Positions 31,280-43,899 of a stretch of 64,000 nt of DNA are shown here, piece after piece. Each line of letters starts with the position of its first letter. The first letter of the stretch is position 1. A program made the position numbers and the translations under genes. The stretch is from the human T2T-CHM13v2.0 reference genome, Homo sapiens, in NCBI RefSeq assembly GCF_009914755.1, contig NC_060929.1; one strand, given 5' to 3'. The notes under the pieces are model-generated. The model made no database searches. It was not told the DNA's origin and saw only the letters and a list, made by a program, of their open reading frames with translations.

Positions 31280-32903
31280 GAGCATATTCATTTATCAGGT
31301 ATCATTTGTTCAAGCTATATGTGCTTTTTTTCTTCTTAAATGTAGAAGAAACTAAAAAACCTAAACCCATAACAAAAGATAAATGGCAATGGCATGGAGG
31401 CAGGCTGTAAGCCTGTGAGATACAGGTTGAAAGTCTAAAATGTTATGATACAAGTTAGCTCAGCGAATTGGCTTCCTTCTCCTGTGAACATACTTTTCTA
31501 ACATACATGGCCTTTCCGATATCGGTCCCCCACCAGCAACAGCACCAGCACCAAAACACATACAGAGGTCACCATCTTGCAAGTTTATTCGTTTGAGTTG
31601 CACAATGTAGCTCATAATTACAAAAATAAACATAATGGCCCCCTTAAAACTTGGGCTTTCTTTTTAGGGGTAGGGGATGAGTTTCAAGGTAATTTTGGGA
31701 AGATGACTTCAGAAAAGATTTTCTAATCAACTAGAGAAAAAAAATGGGAATTTACAATGTTTATGTCTATCTATCCCTCACATGTGTTTCTTAGGACGAT
31801 TTAATACTTATCTTGGGAAGGAAGCAGTTTTATATTTTAAAATTCTCTAAACTAAGGCTTGACTCCTATTTTAAACACAGCCCATCTGTTCCTGCAAATA
31901 GTGTGATTACACAGTCTGCACAGATCTGTGGCTTTAACTAATATGCAGAAGGCATTTTTATATTAAATGGTACGTATTTAATATTAAATGTTGGTATTTT
32001 GTAGCCAACAGTTTCCAACTCCAAATCTTGATGGGTTGTGGCTTGCCGTATACTAAGATTTATTCTACATCCCATATTTTTTTACTGTTTGTTTTCCCTT
32101 TTTACATAATTTGCCAGACGTTTGATCTCAAATTGATAATTTTAAATATTATAATATCTCAGAAATTGTTTCAGATTTTCACATCTCTCGTGTAACATCT
32201 TTAAAGTTAATATAAGTTTTATTGAATGCAGCAAAATACACATGGGTGTTTGGATCTTTTTGAGGTGAGAAGGTGTAACGGAAAGAGCATTGGACTGGAT
32301 TCAGGAGACCTGAGCACCCTTCCCCGCTTTGCCATCAATTGTGTGGCCTTGGACACATCGATAATTGGCTCTCTTGTAAAGTAGGACCACTGATCTAGAT
32401 CTCTGAAGGCTGGTTTGCTTCCAAAATTCTGTGATTCTTTAATTCCATATGCTTGGGAAAGAGGAGGTGGAGGGGGTGCTAACAGCATTTTACCTTCAAA
32501 TATAAATAGCTTGAGACACTTTTGGGTGGTCAACCAACCAAAAAAGGTTGGTAGATTAGGCCAGATGGCACATGCACACCTGCATAATGTGTCGGCCAGG
32601 CTTTGCTGCTTCACTGCAGAAACCCCATCGGTTGTAATGTTTGCTGAAATCCTTAACCACCAATGTTTCCCAGAGGCAAACCTCATGTGTATTTCTTCTC
32701 TAAGAATCTTCTTCCATAAAAATGGTAGATCCAAGAACAAGCAGCCCCCTCTCACTGAAATAGCAGGAATATTTAAATGAAAGGTACTCACATTTCCATA
32801 GAATCAGAATCATCTGAAAAATTGGAAAAGGTAAGATACCAGGCTCCATCCCAAACCTACCCAGTCAGAATCTATGGCACTGGGTCTAGGCATCGTATTT
32901 TTC

Positions 32904-33196
<293 letters not shown>

Positions 33197-33810
33197 GGCA
33201 TTGTATTTTTCACAAGCTTCCCAACCTGCTTCCAACGCCCATCAAAGGTTGAGAAACACTGCTCATGGAACAACTTGGTGATACCAAAATGCAAAATTCT
33301 AGCATAGATCCAAATTGAAAATATCTTCAAATAAAACACTTGCTCATTGATTTTTTTTTTTCTTTTACTGCACTCCGGTCATTAAAGAAAAACAAACAGG
33401 TTCTATACTTCCATAAATGAATGTCAAATTTATACACATTGCTTCTGGTTTTTAATCTTTTCACTTTAATCAATACCGAATATCTGCACTATACATATTC
33501 ATATAGGATTTGACTGTGATTAAATGAGATGTCGAATTTGCCCAGTGTTCACTTACGGCATCCTCTAAGCAAACGGAAGAGTCTGATGACAGCAATCTAA
33601 TTTGCTAGAGCAAGCTGTGGTGGAGACGACAGGGGTGAATTAGAAACTCAGCCCATCCCAGCTTATGCGGACTGTTGCCAAGCAAGGATGAGTGGCCTAT
33701 GCAGCCAGCACTTCCAATTTTTCACAAGAAGATAGAAATTGAGTTTGTCATATACAATCTTGCAATTTTTAAATGGTTGGCAACTGATTCAAATATTTTT
33801 TAAAATATCA

Positions 33811-34136
<326 letters not shown>

Positions 34137-35755
34137 CTATCACTGAGGCCTAACAACAAAGCAAAATTTATCAGCCCAGATTTCCCCCAGAAGGCCCCAA
34201 ATTTGTAATTTCTGCTCTAGAAACTGAGTTCAGGATCTGATCAGTTAAGACGATCAAAACCCACTCACAGAAATTACTTCATTTAGTTGCCATGCAATAT
34301 TATGCTCTCTGCCTCTGGAAAGAATAGAATTCTCTGCCATTTTTAAACTACAGGGTGGATATGAGGAGCCACCTGCTAAGTTCCTTTGTTCATTCTGTAG
34401 ATATTTAGAGTGCTCCTGCCCTATACCAGACACTGGGAACACAGTGGTGAACCGAATCTTAGGTAAGTTTAATATGTAGCACAGCATATTAAAAAAAAAA
34501 ATGAAGCATCTGTCTCTAGTTTAAAACTGTTCAAAAATATGAAGCTCATTACTCAGTCAGTGGTGAGGATTAAAAATACAGATGGGCAAAACCTGAAACA
34601 GAATGACACTTCAGTGATGATTTTTTTTCAGATGAGGCTGATGCCCAGAAAAACAAAGGCTAATCAAAGATCACAGAGGACTTAGAATTATAATCCAGAG
34701 CTCCTGCCCTTAGTGCAAGCCCCTTTTATCCCTCTGTGCTGTCCATTTCCCTAAATCCAAGAGGACTGATAAAGGATTGTCACAGTACTAATTTTGATGG
34801 CAAAGTGCATAAGGTGACAGACCTTATTACAAAGTTTTTAAGGGAATATTGATGCGTGAAAATAGGTATGCACTGTCTGAAAACACTGGAAACCATTAAG
34901 TAGACAAGAAAAGTGACCTAAAAAGGACTCATAAGGGAACTGATGATTCTCTCAATTTGATCAAGCATAATAGAAGAGGAACTGAATCTAATTTTCTCAT
35001 CTTCTCTTCAGTAGAACAAACCAGGTGGTTAAACTTTGTCTTCTTCCTAAGTCAAAAACTCTGCAGTGAGTTGGAAGCTATTACAAAATGGCTAGATTTT
35101 GAATACGGATGGCATTATACAATGCTACTGTCCAGTATGTAAGGACAAATAACAAATTAAGTCAGAGGTATATTTGGAACCATTCACAGGTGTGCTCCCA
35201 AATTTCAAATAATCTGTAAAATGAAGTTGCTCCACCAGAGTGCTGGTCACTGATATGCTCTCTTTCTAGGACGTGGAAGACAACTTCTGTGCTGTTGTGG
35301 CTGGTGGGGCCATATCAGTAGTTCCGGCCAAGGGAGTGAGTGGAAGTGACATGTCCATACCAGGGAGGAACGTGTAATTGCTGGTGTACAGCCTTGCAGT
35401 CTTCCCTTTGGCATGACCATCCAGAAAGTTCAATAGTGTCTGCACCAAACAGGATAGTGTCTGCACCAAACAGGATATCCTTGTAATGTACGTGCATGAC
35501 ATAAATCTTTGTGGTTTTAAAGCCACTATAATTTTGAGGTTTTCTGTTACAACCACATAATATATTCCTCCTGACACACAGTGACATTTGTCCAAAAGGC
35601 TACTAACACACTCATCTGATTTGGCATGTACAGCTGGGATCTATTTGCTATTAAGAAGTAAAAAGTGTATTATAATGTGGAAAGTAATTCCAAAGAACTC
35701 TACTTTTATTAAAATCCCAGATCATTACTGCTAGGTCTTTGGATAAGCAGCCTTC

Positions 35756-35774
35756 CTACCACTAGAGGGAGCTA
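35756..35774 (+). promoter_or_regulatory. Candidate CTCF site
   Basis: CTACCACTAGAGGGAGCTA, one mismatch from CCASYAGRKGGCRS. Confidence 0.6.
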
Positions 35775-36197
35775 TCTGCTTTGTCTTCTGCCTAACACGG
35801 AGCACCAAAAAGATGATAAACTTCCAGCTACACCTGGGGAGAAATGAATTCTAGCCTAGATACTTTCCCCCCGCCAACAAGTCATACTGCCTTAGTGCTA
35901 GGCTAGCTGGATAGAAGCTCTGAAATGCTCAGGCACCCCAAAAGGCTGATTCAATCTGAATCAGAAGTAAGGTTCAGAAATGTGTACTTTTTTAAAATAA
36001 AAAGCTTCCCAAACACTTCTGAAGCACAGGTAAGTTTGCTAACACTGGGTGTAGAAGATTTCAAAAGAAATGGTCCTTTTCAATCAAAGAGTTTTGCCAT
36101 CTACAGGGCATTTCTGACAAGGATCAACATGTAAGTCCAACTAAATTAAAAACAGAACCTCCTAAGAACAGAACTTCAAAAAAAGCACTTTATAATG

Positions 36198-36247
36198 ACA
36201 ACAAACCACAAGAACAAAACATAATTATCTTCAAATTTAAATTTATT
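36198..36247 (-). terminator. Polyadenylation signal AATAAA plus GU-rich downstream element
   Basis: tttatt at 36242-36247 on + reads AATAAA on -; about 22 nt further the minus strand reads GTTTTGTTCTTGTGGTTTGTTGT. Confidence 0.85.
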
Positions 36248-37485
36248 AAGACATTCAGCTATGTCTGTCAGTCTACATCCAAATTTGCTACTAAAAATAA
36301 AATAAAGTCACATCCCACATTAGGAATACCGAGGTCTGAAAAACACTTTTTGAGCCAAGCCTATTGTATAAATAAATGACTAGTTTCTTTTCATATCAAA
36401 ATTCCCATAAAAAATTACATTCCCCCCTCCCCAGTTCTACCTGTAGCCATGATGAATGTAAAAATTTAAATATGACACATCCTTGTCAAAGAAAAGGTGC
36501 AAAGTCTATTAACAGCTTTAAAAGTGGCATTTGCAGAGTGTGATCATACAGTTATGTACTCATTCCCAAAGTGCAAATATTGCCATAATTTAACACTGTT
36601 TTGATTCAGTTGCAAGAATTAAACATTACACAGGATTGAAAAGTACACCCAGGGCCTCTATCAGTGCCCTAAAGCCCTTCCCACTTTGGTCTCCTTCACT
36701 AAAGCAGACTCCAAAGTGTTCATCAGAGTTTTAGTTTACTTCACACAGCCAGCGAAGTATACAACATATTTAACAAAAGTTTCATATACATCAAAATATT
36801 GAAGACTCCGTCATAAAGTTCAAGAGTCTCAGATTACATGAATGCACCCGCAAGGCCCAAGTGCCCACCCACCCCTTCCCTAAAGCACATACAAAGTATG
36901 AGCGTGCTTCAATCTTTGAATACAATCAATGCTTCTTCATCTTTGATTTCATTTCAGTGCTGTACAAGACTCAATAATCACCTGACTGAGCTCCAATTAA
37001 CTGAGGAGAAACGGGGTGGAGGAGAGGGCTGGTTGCTATTCAGACTTGATAATGAGATTGATCTGTCCCATGGAGAGTGAAAGTTCAGTTCCACTTCTGC
37101 CTCCTTCTTTCCATGCTGTCCTCATGCTCTTTATCCTCACTTCCTCAGTCCCTTCAACACTCAAAATCTGATTTTATTTCTCTCTCACACGTATCAGGGG
37201 CAGTTTCTGAAGTTGCTGAGGTTGAATTTTCTTCACAAACCTCTATAAAACATCAGCAGAGAACATATAAATACATTTTGATTAGCATACATTGCAAAAT
37301 TTCTCCCACAATGTCAGGGGATGAAAGCAGGTGGTCCCCACTGAGAGTACTTCCTGGATTAGATCCTTGGAATGTCAGTTTCCTGCCTGATCATCTCATT
37401 TTCATTCCTCAAATCAGAACATGAATTCCATCTTGAGTTAACTTCTCCTCCAGAGTATCAAAGCATCATTCCTGCTGCTTCTCCT
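36225..37485 (-). other. RNF145: RNF145 3'UTR (3' end approximate)
   Basis: Sequence with no recognisable repeats between the stop codon and the poly(A) signal. Confidence 0.85.
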
Positions 37486-37851
37486 CTAGGCTGATTCAAC
37501 AGGATGTGCTTCATCTTTCGCACTGTGAGGATATTCTTTGGGGTCAAAAGCCCCTTCCTGGTTATCTGGTCGTCTGGCAATGTACTCATTATTGTCCCTG
37601 GAACCTTCCTGTATCCTGGTCCCTGGAGTATGCTCCTGGCCTGGGGGTTCAGTACCTTCCTGAAACATGACGTTTTGCTCAGCTCCAGCATGAGGCTGTA
37701 GAACTGGCTCAGTTCCTAATCCTGGAAGCTGGGAGGAGTTTTTCAGATGGCAGTGGCACAGAGGGCAGGTCTCCTGGACATACAGCCATTTCTTAAGACA
37801 GCCTGCATGGAAAAAATGACTGCAAGGCGTGATCACAGCAGATTTCATGTC
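37486..37851 (-). CDS. RNF145: RNF145 last coding exon: rest of the RING-H2 domain and C-terminal tail
   Basis: CTCTTTTAG|GACATG acceptor; encodes DMKSAVITPCSHFFHAGCLKKWLYVQETCPLC...HPVESA then TAG; completes the C3H2C3 RING-H2 pattern. Confidence 0.97.
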   Translation of the reverse strand, partial: DMKSAVITPCSHFFHAGCLKKWLYVQETCPLCHCHLKNSSQLPGLGTEPVLQPHAGAEQNVMFQEGTEPPGQEHTPGTRIQEGSRDNNEYIARRPDNQEGAFDPKEYPHSAKDEAHPVESA

Positions 37852-40081
37852 CTAAAAGAGGGGGAAAAAAGATACCTTATAAATGTCTGTTTTCTAGTAT
37901 CTTTGGTGCTATCCCCAAAGTTCTGGTTCTAACATCTCTTTCCCACAATAGAAAATTTGTAACATAGATCTTAGAATAAAACTTACTTTATATATCAGTA
38001 ATAATCCTGCTGCCATCACAGATCCCCCTTATACAAATAATGCAAGAACTACTGGCTAAGTACTTTCTAAAAGTGAAGGAAAAACCAAAAATGAGGAAGA
38101 AGCTACCTTTATAACTGGGTTTTGCCTGAGTATGAAATGCAAGTGTTACACAATTGTTGCAGTATGATTACTGGGTCTCCACTGGTATGACAAGAGTATA
38201 ATTACAACCTCAGAAAATCTGATGAAGACAGGACTTTTTCTACAGTTTTGCTTCAACACAGCTGAACAGTTTATAATGAAATTATTGGCAAAGAGACAAA
38301 ATCGGCCATATAATACCAGGGTATTGGCAAGGAAGTGGCACTCTCTCATTACGGACAATGTATATACCCAGTTTTCAAGATTTGGTCTATATAAGCCAGT
38401 GTTTCTCAACTTGCATAAGAACCACTTGTTAACACATAGTCTTGGGCCACCCAAGACCTACTGAAGTGGGATATGTAACGATGGGATTCATAAAATCTAT
38501 AGTTACAAGCCACCTGTGTGACTTTTATACACTCACATTTGATAACCACTGGAATAAGGAGTGGTGTACTTTGCATTAATATTCCTTGCATAAGATATAT
38601 ATGAAGAGAGAAGCCTGAAGACATGAAGTTAAAGTTATAAAGACATAACGTTTCGTGAATCAACCATTAATTTTGTTTCAAGTCCCAAAACAAGCAGGTG
38701 TGGATATCCCAGAAATTCCTTGCCAAGAACTGGTAACATCTGGGAGTCAACTTTTAAGCAGAAAGCCATCCAAGGAAAAGCAGCCAGCTGGGAAGCTAAG
38801 CAGTTTTACTCTCATTTTCGATGTGATATCAACAGGTAGTTCTAGCACCTCAAAAAAAGTGATGTGACAACAGGAAATACAAACAGGACTCTTGAATCCC
38901 CGAGATGGAATATTCAGACATCAGCGGCTGAAGCTGAGGTGCTCCGACTCTGTTTTTGATGTGCTTTGTCCTGAGTACAATGAGGCTACCTAGCACAAAA
39001 GAGCTAGGGTTCATTTTAATAATAAACACAACTAAGAGAATGGCTACTTTGAAGGGAGGCAGGAACCCTACATTACTCCTCAGACCCCTCAAATGCAAAA
39101 CCGCCTGGAGAACATTGTTTAGCTAGGATCAAAAAGTATGTTCTAATCAAAATAAAAAATTGATAGCTGTATTTTACTATCAGAAAAAAATTAAATATGC
39201 ACAAATTTAAATATACACAAATACATACATACCCCACCTAAACTACAAAAGCAATCCTGAAGTAAGAATATCCCCTGTATATTGTTGACACTATCTATAG
39301 TTTTATTCTACCAGCCTACACTCTTTGAGTGACTTTAAAAATGGGACATAGTTTCTGCTGTTGGCCATCATCTCTGTCCATTATTTCCAACAGTGCGGCC
39401 TCTTGCACAGGTGATTGATGATTAAACTCTAGGTCTTTTTGTTGTTGTTTTATTTCCAAAGTGATTTAAGTACTACCTTTAATTTGTAATAGAAGACAAT
39501 CATCAGGCTCTTTATGGTGCATGTGCTAAAGACTATAGGTAGGCCAACTTCAATTTTACATCAGTTTGGTAGCCTTTACCATATTCACCCACTCCCACCA
39601 AATGCTTGTACCCTCGGATACTTAGCAACCCACAGGTGGGCACATATTCTCTCTACCTATGTTAGGTACATGAATATTTCTTCCCCACTCTGGAAATACT
39701 AGAGGGAAAAGAGTCAGAATTTTGGCACACCACTTTTCAGGAGTTGCTGACCCCTCATGGATAGTATATTCAATAGTCCGTGTGAGTGTGTATTCAGGAG
39801 TAAATATAAAATGCACCTGACCTGTTTTTCCTTTATTTATGGGTGAGCAATAATGTTGAAAACAACAATACATTAGAACCCAAGGGACTAAATTTAAAAC
39901 TTAATTTAGAAATAAAATGGAAATATTTTATCAGGTCTTTAATATAATTTCTGAGGTCCATTTTTTTTAATCCAGAAGATAATTTTGCCTAGAAATTTAA
40001 GTTGAATTTGGTTAATATGGTTACAGTCCCAAGGGATACACTGTATGACTTACCCAAACACATTCTTATTGAAGGAGTTAC

Positions 40082-40438
40082 CTGATAACAGATGGCACAA
40101 ATATCATTGTGTTTCTCAAGCTGCTCTTTCGTAGCAATGGGTAACGATTTAATCTTATTCACAGCATCCCTGCGGAGAAGAAAGCTCTTCCACCCCAGCT
40201 GGGCCCGAAGCCACACGTTATAGTAGGAATGAATGAAGATGATCATTGAGCCCATCACTGTCCATTCTCCAAAGATGGTCTCTGAGACGCCATAGGCCAC
40301 CACACAGAGGGCCACAAGAAACTCCAGCAGGCGGTAAGTGCCATTCACATAGTAGATGACATCATCCATGTTTTCCACTGGCTCTTTTCTGAATTCCTCA
40401 ACCATAAATAAGACATAAATAAAAAGTGTTCCCAGAAC
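40082..40438 (-). CDS. RNF145: RNF145 penultimate coding exon (357 nt), start of the RING-H2 domain
   Basis: Poly-T CAG acceptor, CAG|GTAACT donor; encodes VLGTLFIYVLFMVEEFRKEP...HNDICAICYQ. Confidence 0.96.
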
Positions 40439-41236
40439 CTGAAAAAAAAAATGTACGTATCTTGAAATATGATCACTAAGATACTTTTTTCATAGGCTTT
40501 AAACAATAACACATTCCTGATGTTTTTAGGGTGCAATATTTCAAATATACAGAAGAGTATCCAGGGGAAAAAAAAGTTTTAATAAATAAAAAATCAACTC
40601 TAAAGAGAAGACACTGATGACTAAAATGTGGGTGATCTTAGTAATCCAGGCATAGAAAACAAAAAGCCACACCGTCAGACGTGACTTTCCTAAAATGATT
40701 CTGATGAGTAATCAATTTTTTGATTCATCTTTTTCCCTTATTCCTTAGGTCACCAAACCTCATCAACTCCATCTTAATTTTCCTCATACCATAGTCATTC
40801 CTGTTCTACAACTCGCAAAGAAGTTTTACTTCTGCAAAAAAATAATGAATAACTCTTCACTGTGTTATGTTTTCCTTTACTTAGGTAGCAAAGATCTTCC
40901 TTTAAGTTACAATAAGCTTATCATTTCTAGGGCAATATTTTGTGTGTGCATGTCTGTGAAACATGTATCATGTCTGTATGTGTGCAATACACACACATCA
41001 TATACATATATATTTATATACATCGTGGAACTATTGGTATTTTTGAGTGGAATTTAAAAAACACACTCCAAATAAGCTCTAACACAAGCTCTAAAAACTT
41101 TTAATATTTTAGTTACTTGTCAATTTAAGATTTATATGACACCTCTGTATCATACCATTTTGAAAAAGAGAAACTGAAAGGCTTAATTACCTTCATAAAA
41201 AATACAGTGACATCAATAGGTTTATGTAATATTTTC

Positions 41237-41536
<300 letters not shown>

Positions 41537-41734
41537 GGTTTATGTAATATTTTCATAACCTGCCATCTAACTCCTGTGCTCAAATAAATGTAATGTGTTC
41601 TAGTAAAGAGAGAGAGAAGTTATCACCTGAATAGTCCACTTATAATCATTCATCTTGAAAAAATTTAATTCCTCCTCTGGGAGGAAAAATAAGAAAATTG
41701 GTTATTATATAGAGTTAATTAATCATAGGCTTAC

Positions 41735-41882
41735 CTGAAGAGAGGTAAGAATGCTGCTGGAAATAATGATAAGAAGCCAAAAATCCATGTGGAAAAACTG
41801 GCAAATCATATAAGCCATATAAGCAGGGAATACCAATAAAAATAAACAAAGGCTTACAGCACGGAAGTGTTTCCACAAGCTC
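41735..41882 (-). CDS. RNF145: RNF145 coding exon (148 nt)
   Basis: TTCTCCAG acceptor, CAG|GTAAGC donor; encodes SLWKHFRAVSLCLFLL...SSILTSLQ. Confidence 0.95.
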
Positions 41883-43899
41883 CTGGAGAAAGACAAAATT
41901 ATTCTTTTTAAGTGCCTGCCACCTAGTAGCACAACCACTCACATCAGCAGCTAACATCTCTGGTGCCATGATCAAATTTCACAAATTCCCACTGAACACC
42001 CTTCTCCATGCCAGTCACTGTACTAGAGTTCAGACCAAGTCACACAGGCTTGGCATGTCAAAGCCACCACACTCAGTCAATTGCAAAGTACAGCTGATTT
42101 TCTTTTGTTCCTCAATAGTTTGCTTTCAATTGCTACTCCTAGCAATTTCAAATTATTTCAGGCTTTTGTAGCCTTAAACCTTAACAATTTCAATAATTTT
42201 TCCTGGTTAAGACAGGGAGGGAGTATTAGAATAATTTGTGGTCTTTTTCAAATCTTATGACACCCTCTTCCCACTGTTTCCACTTGTGATGAGAATCTCT
42301 GCTACAGAGAGTGCAGTGTGACTAATAGGAATGACTCTCCAATGAGCAGGTATACTCATCCTCACATCTGTTGTGGTCAGGGTAAGTGGGAGACATGACT
42401 GAGAGCAACTGTATTGTAAGATCTACTACCTGGTTTTCCTCCCTCCTCCAGCCCTGATCTATCCAGGACACTGCCAGCCAGACTAATCCTCCTAAAGCTC
42501 TACTATCGTAATATTTTCAACACTGTCTCTAAATTTTTGAGCCTGGCATTTGAGGTCCTCCACTCCTAATTTTTCCATCCAAGCTTGTCAAATCTGTTCC
42601 TCATAAACCAAGCTGCTTATTAACTAACTGCCCTCTCAGCAAAACACAAGCACTCTTACGTCCCACTAGAAATTCCTCCATCATGCTCTCCATTTCTCTA
42701 AACCCTTTAGGCTAGTTCAAGCTAAACAACTTTGGCTTTCAATTGAAATAAAGCTCATGGCTACAAAAAAATTTAAGCTGTTTTAATTAAACATCAACAT
42801 CTGTGATATGTTCTCAAATCCAAGTAAAGCATCTCAAAGAGACACAAATAACATAAATCATCTCTCCTACCTTTAATTATAATATAGTCAGGAAGTAAAA
42901 GTTACCACACACAAGGTCAAATGCTATACAGTGTGGTCCTATTATAATCAGTAATTCAGAGAAGAAAGTTAATTATTATGGTAAAAATTAAAGCTGCATA
43001 CTTTGGAAAGTGTTTTACATTTTTTCTTGCCAAAAACTAACAATAATAATAATAATAATCAGAAATTAAGGAACAAATGTAAACTTGTCAGTAGCTTTGC
43101 TTTGAGATTCAGCAATTTTAACTTTTTAAAGAAAGGCAGTAGCTGTACTGTGTTAGATGATGAATTATAGATCTAATAGGGCAATCTGCCTTAAAACCTT
43201 AAATATATTTTTTAAAAATCAAGCCAGCTATGATTTATATGAAATATGTACGTATTTATAAACACACATGCATAGATTTAAGCACACACACAGAAATGTA
43301 TATACAACAATGTTATGTCAAGAGTTTTACATTTATGCCTAATTTTAATACAGGTGGATATATACACACAAACATATACATAGACACACATATATGTCCT
43401 TATCTAAATAGTTAAAATTAAATAAAAGCAAATTTCAAATAAAATATAAAAATAAGGGAAAATTACATTGAAACCTCGTGCAATAGGTTAAGTACTATAA
43501 AAATGACAACCCATTTCCTAAAATGTTTGCCTTTTGAAAATTTGCTACATAATTTGAATAAGTAGACCATAGTTCTAATATTCCTTGTTAAAAACTGCAA
43601 TAAAATTTACAGATAAAATAACCAATTATTTCTATGGCTAAAACTAACTCACACATCCTCCTAAGCTAAACGTGGAAATTACCTACAGTTCAAGCAACTC
43701 CAAAGACGTATTTATGAAGATTTTCCCTTTAACAATTATTTCATTAATAGAAAAGTTGTTTCATGAACTATTAGTATCATCTCTTAATTGTCCTCTAACT
43801 TGAGAATTAGGACGCTTTTCCTTTCCTTTTTTAATTCCCAGTACACTGAATTGAATTCATCACAATCCTTGATTGACGATGTACTGTCATCATTTGTCT

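Noticed and set aside
32219-32791. 190-aa minus-strand ORF with an overlapping 121-aa antisense ORF
   Set aside because: GTG start, partly MIR-like sequence, no domain or splice structure; most likely chance.
36838-36848. miR-33 seed-like aatgcac in the 3'UTR region
   Set aside because: It is on the plus strand, so antisense to the RNF145 mRNA.
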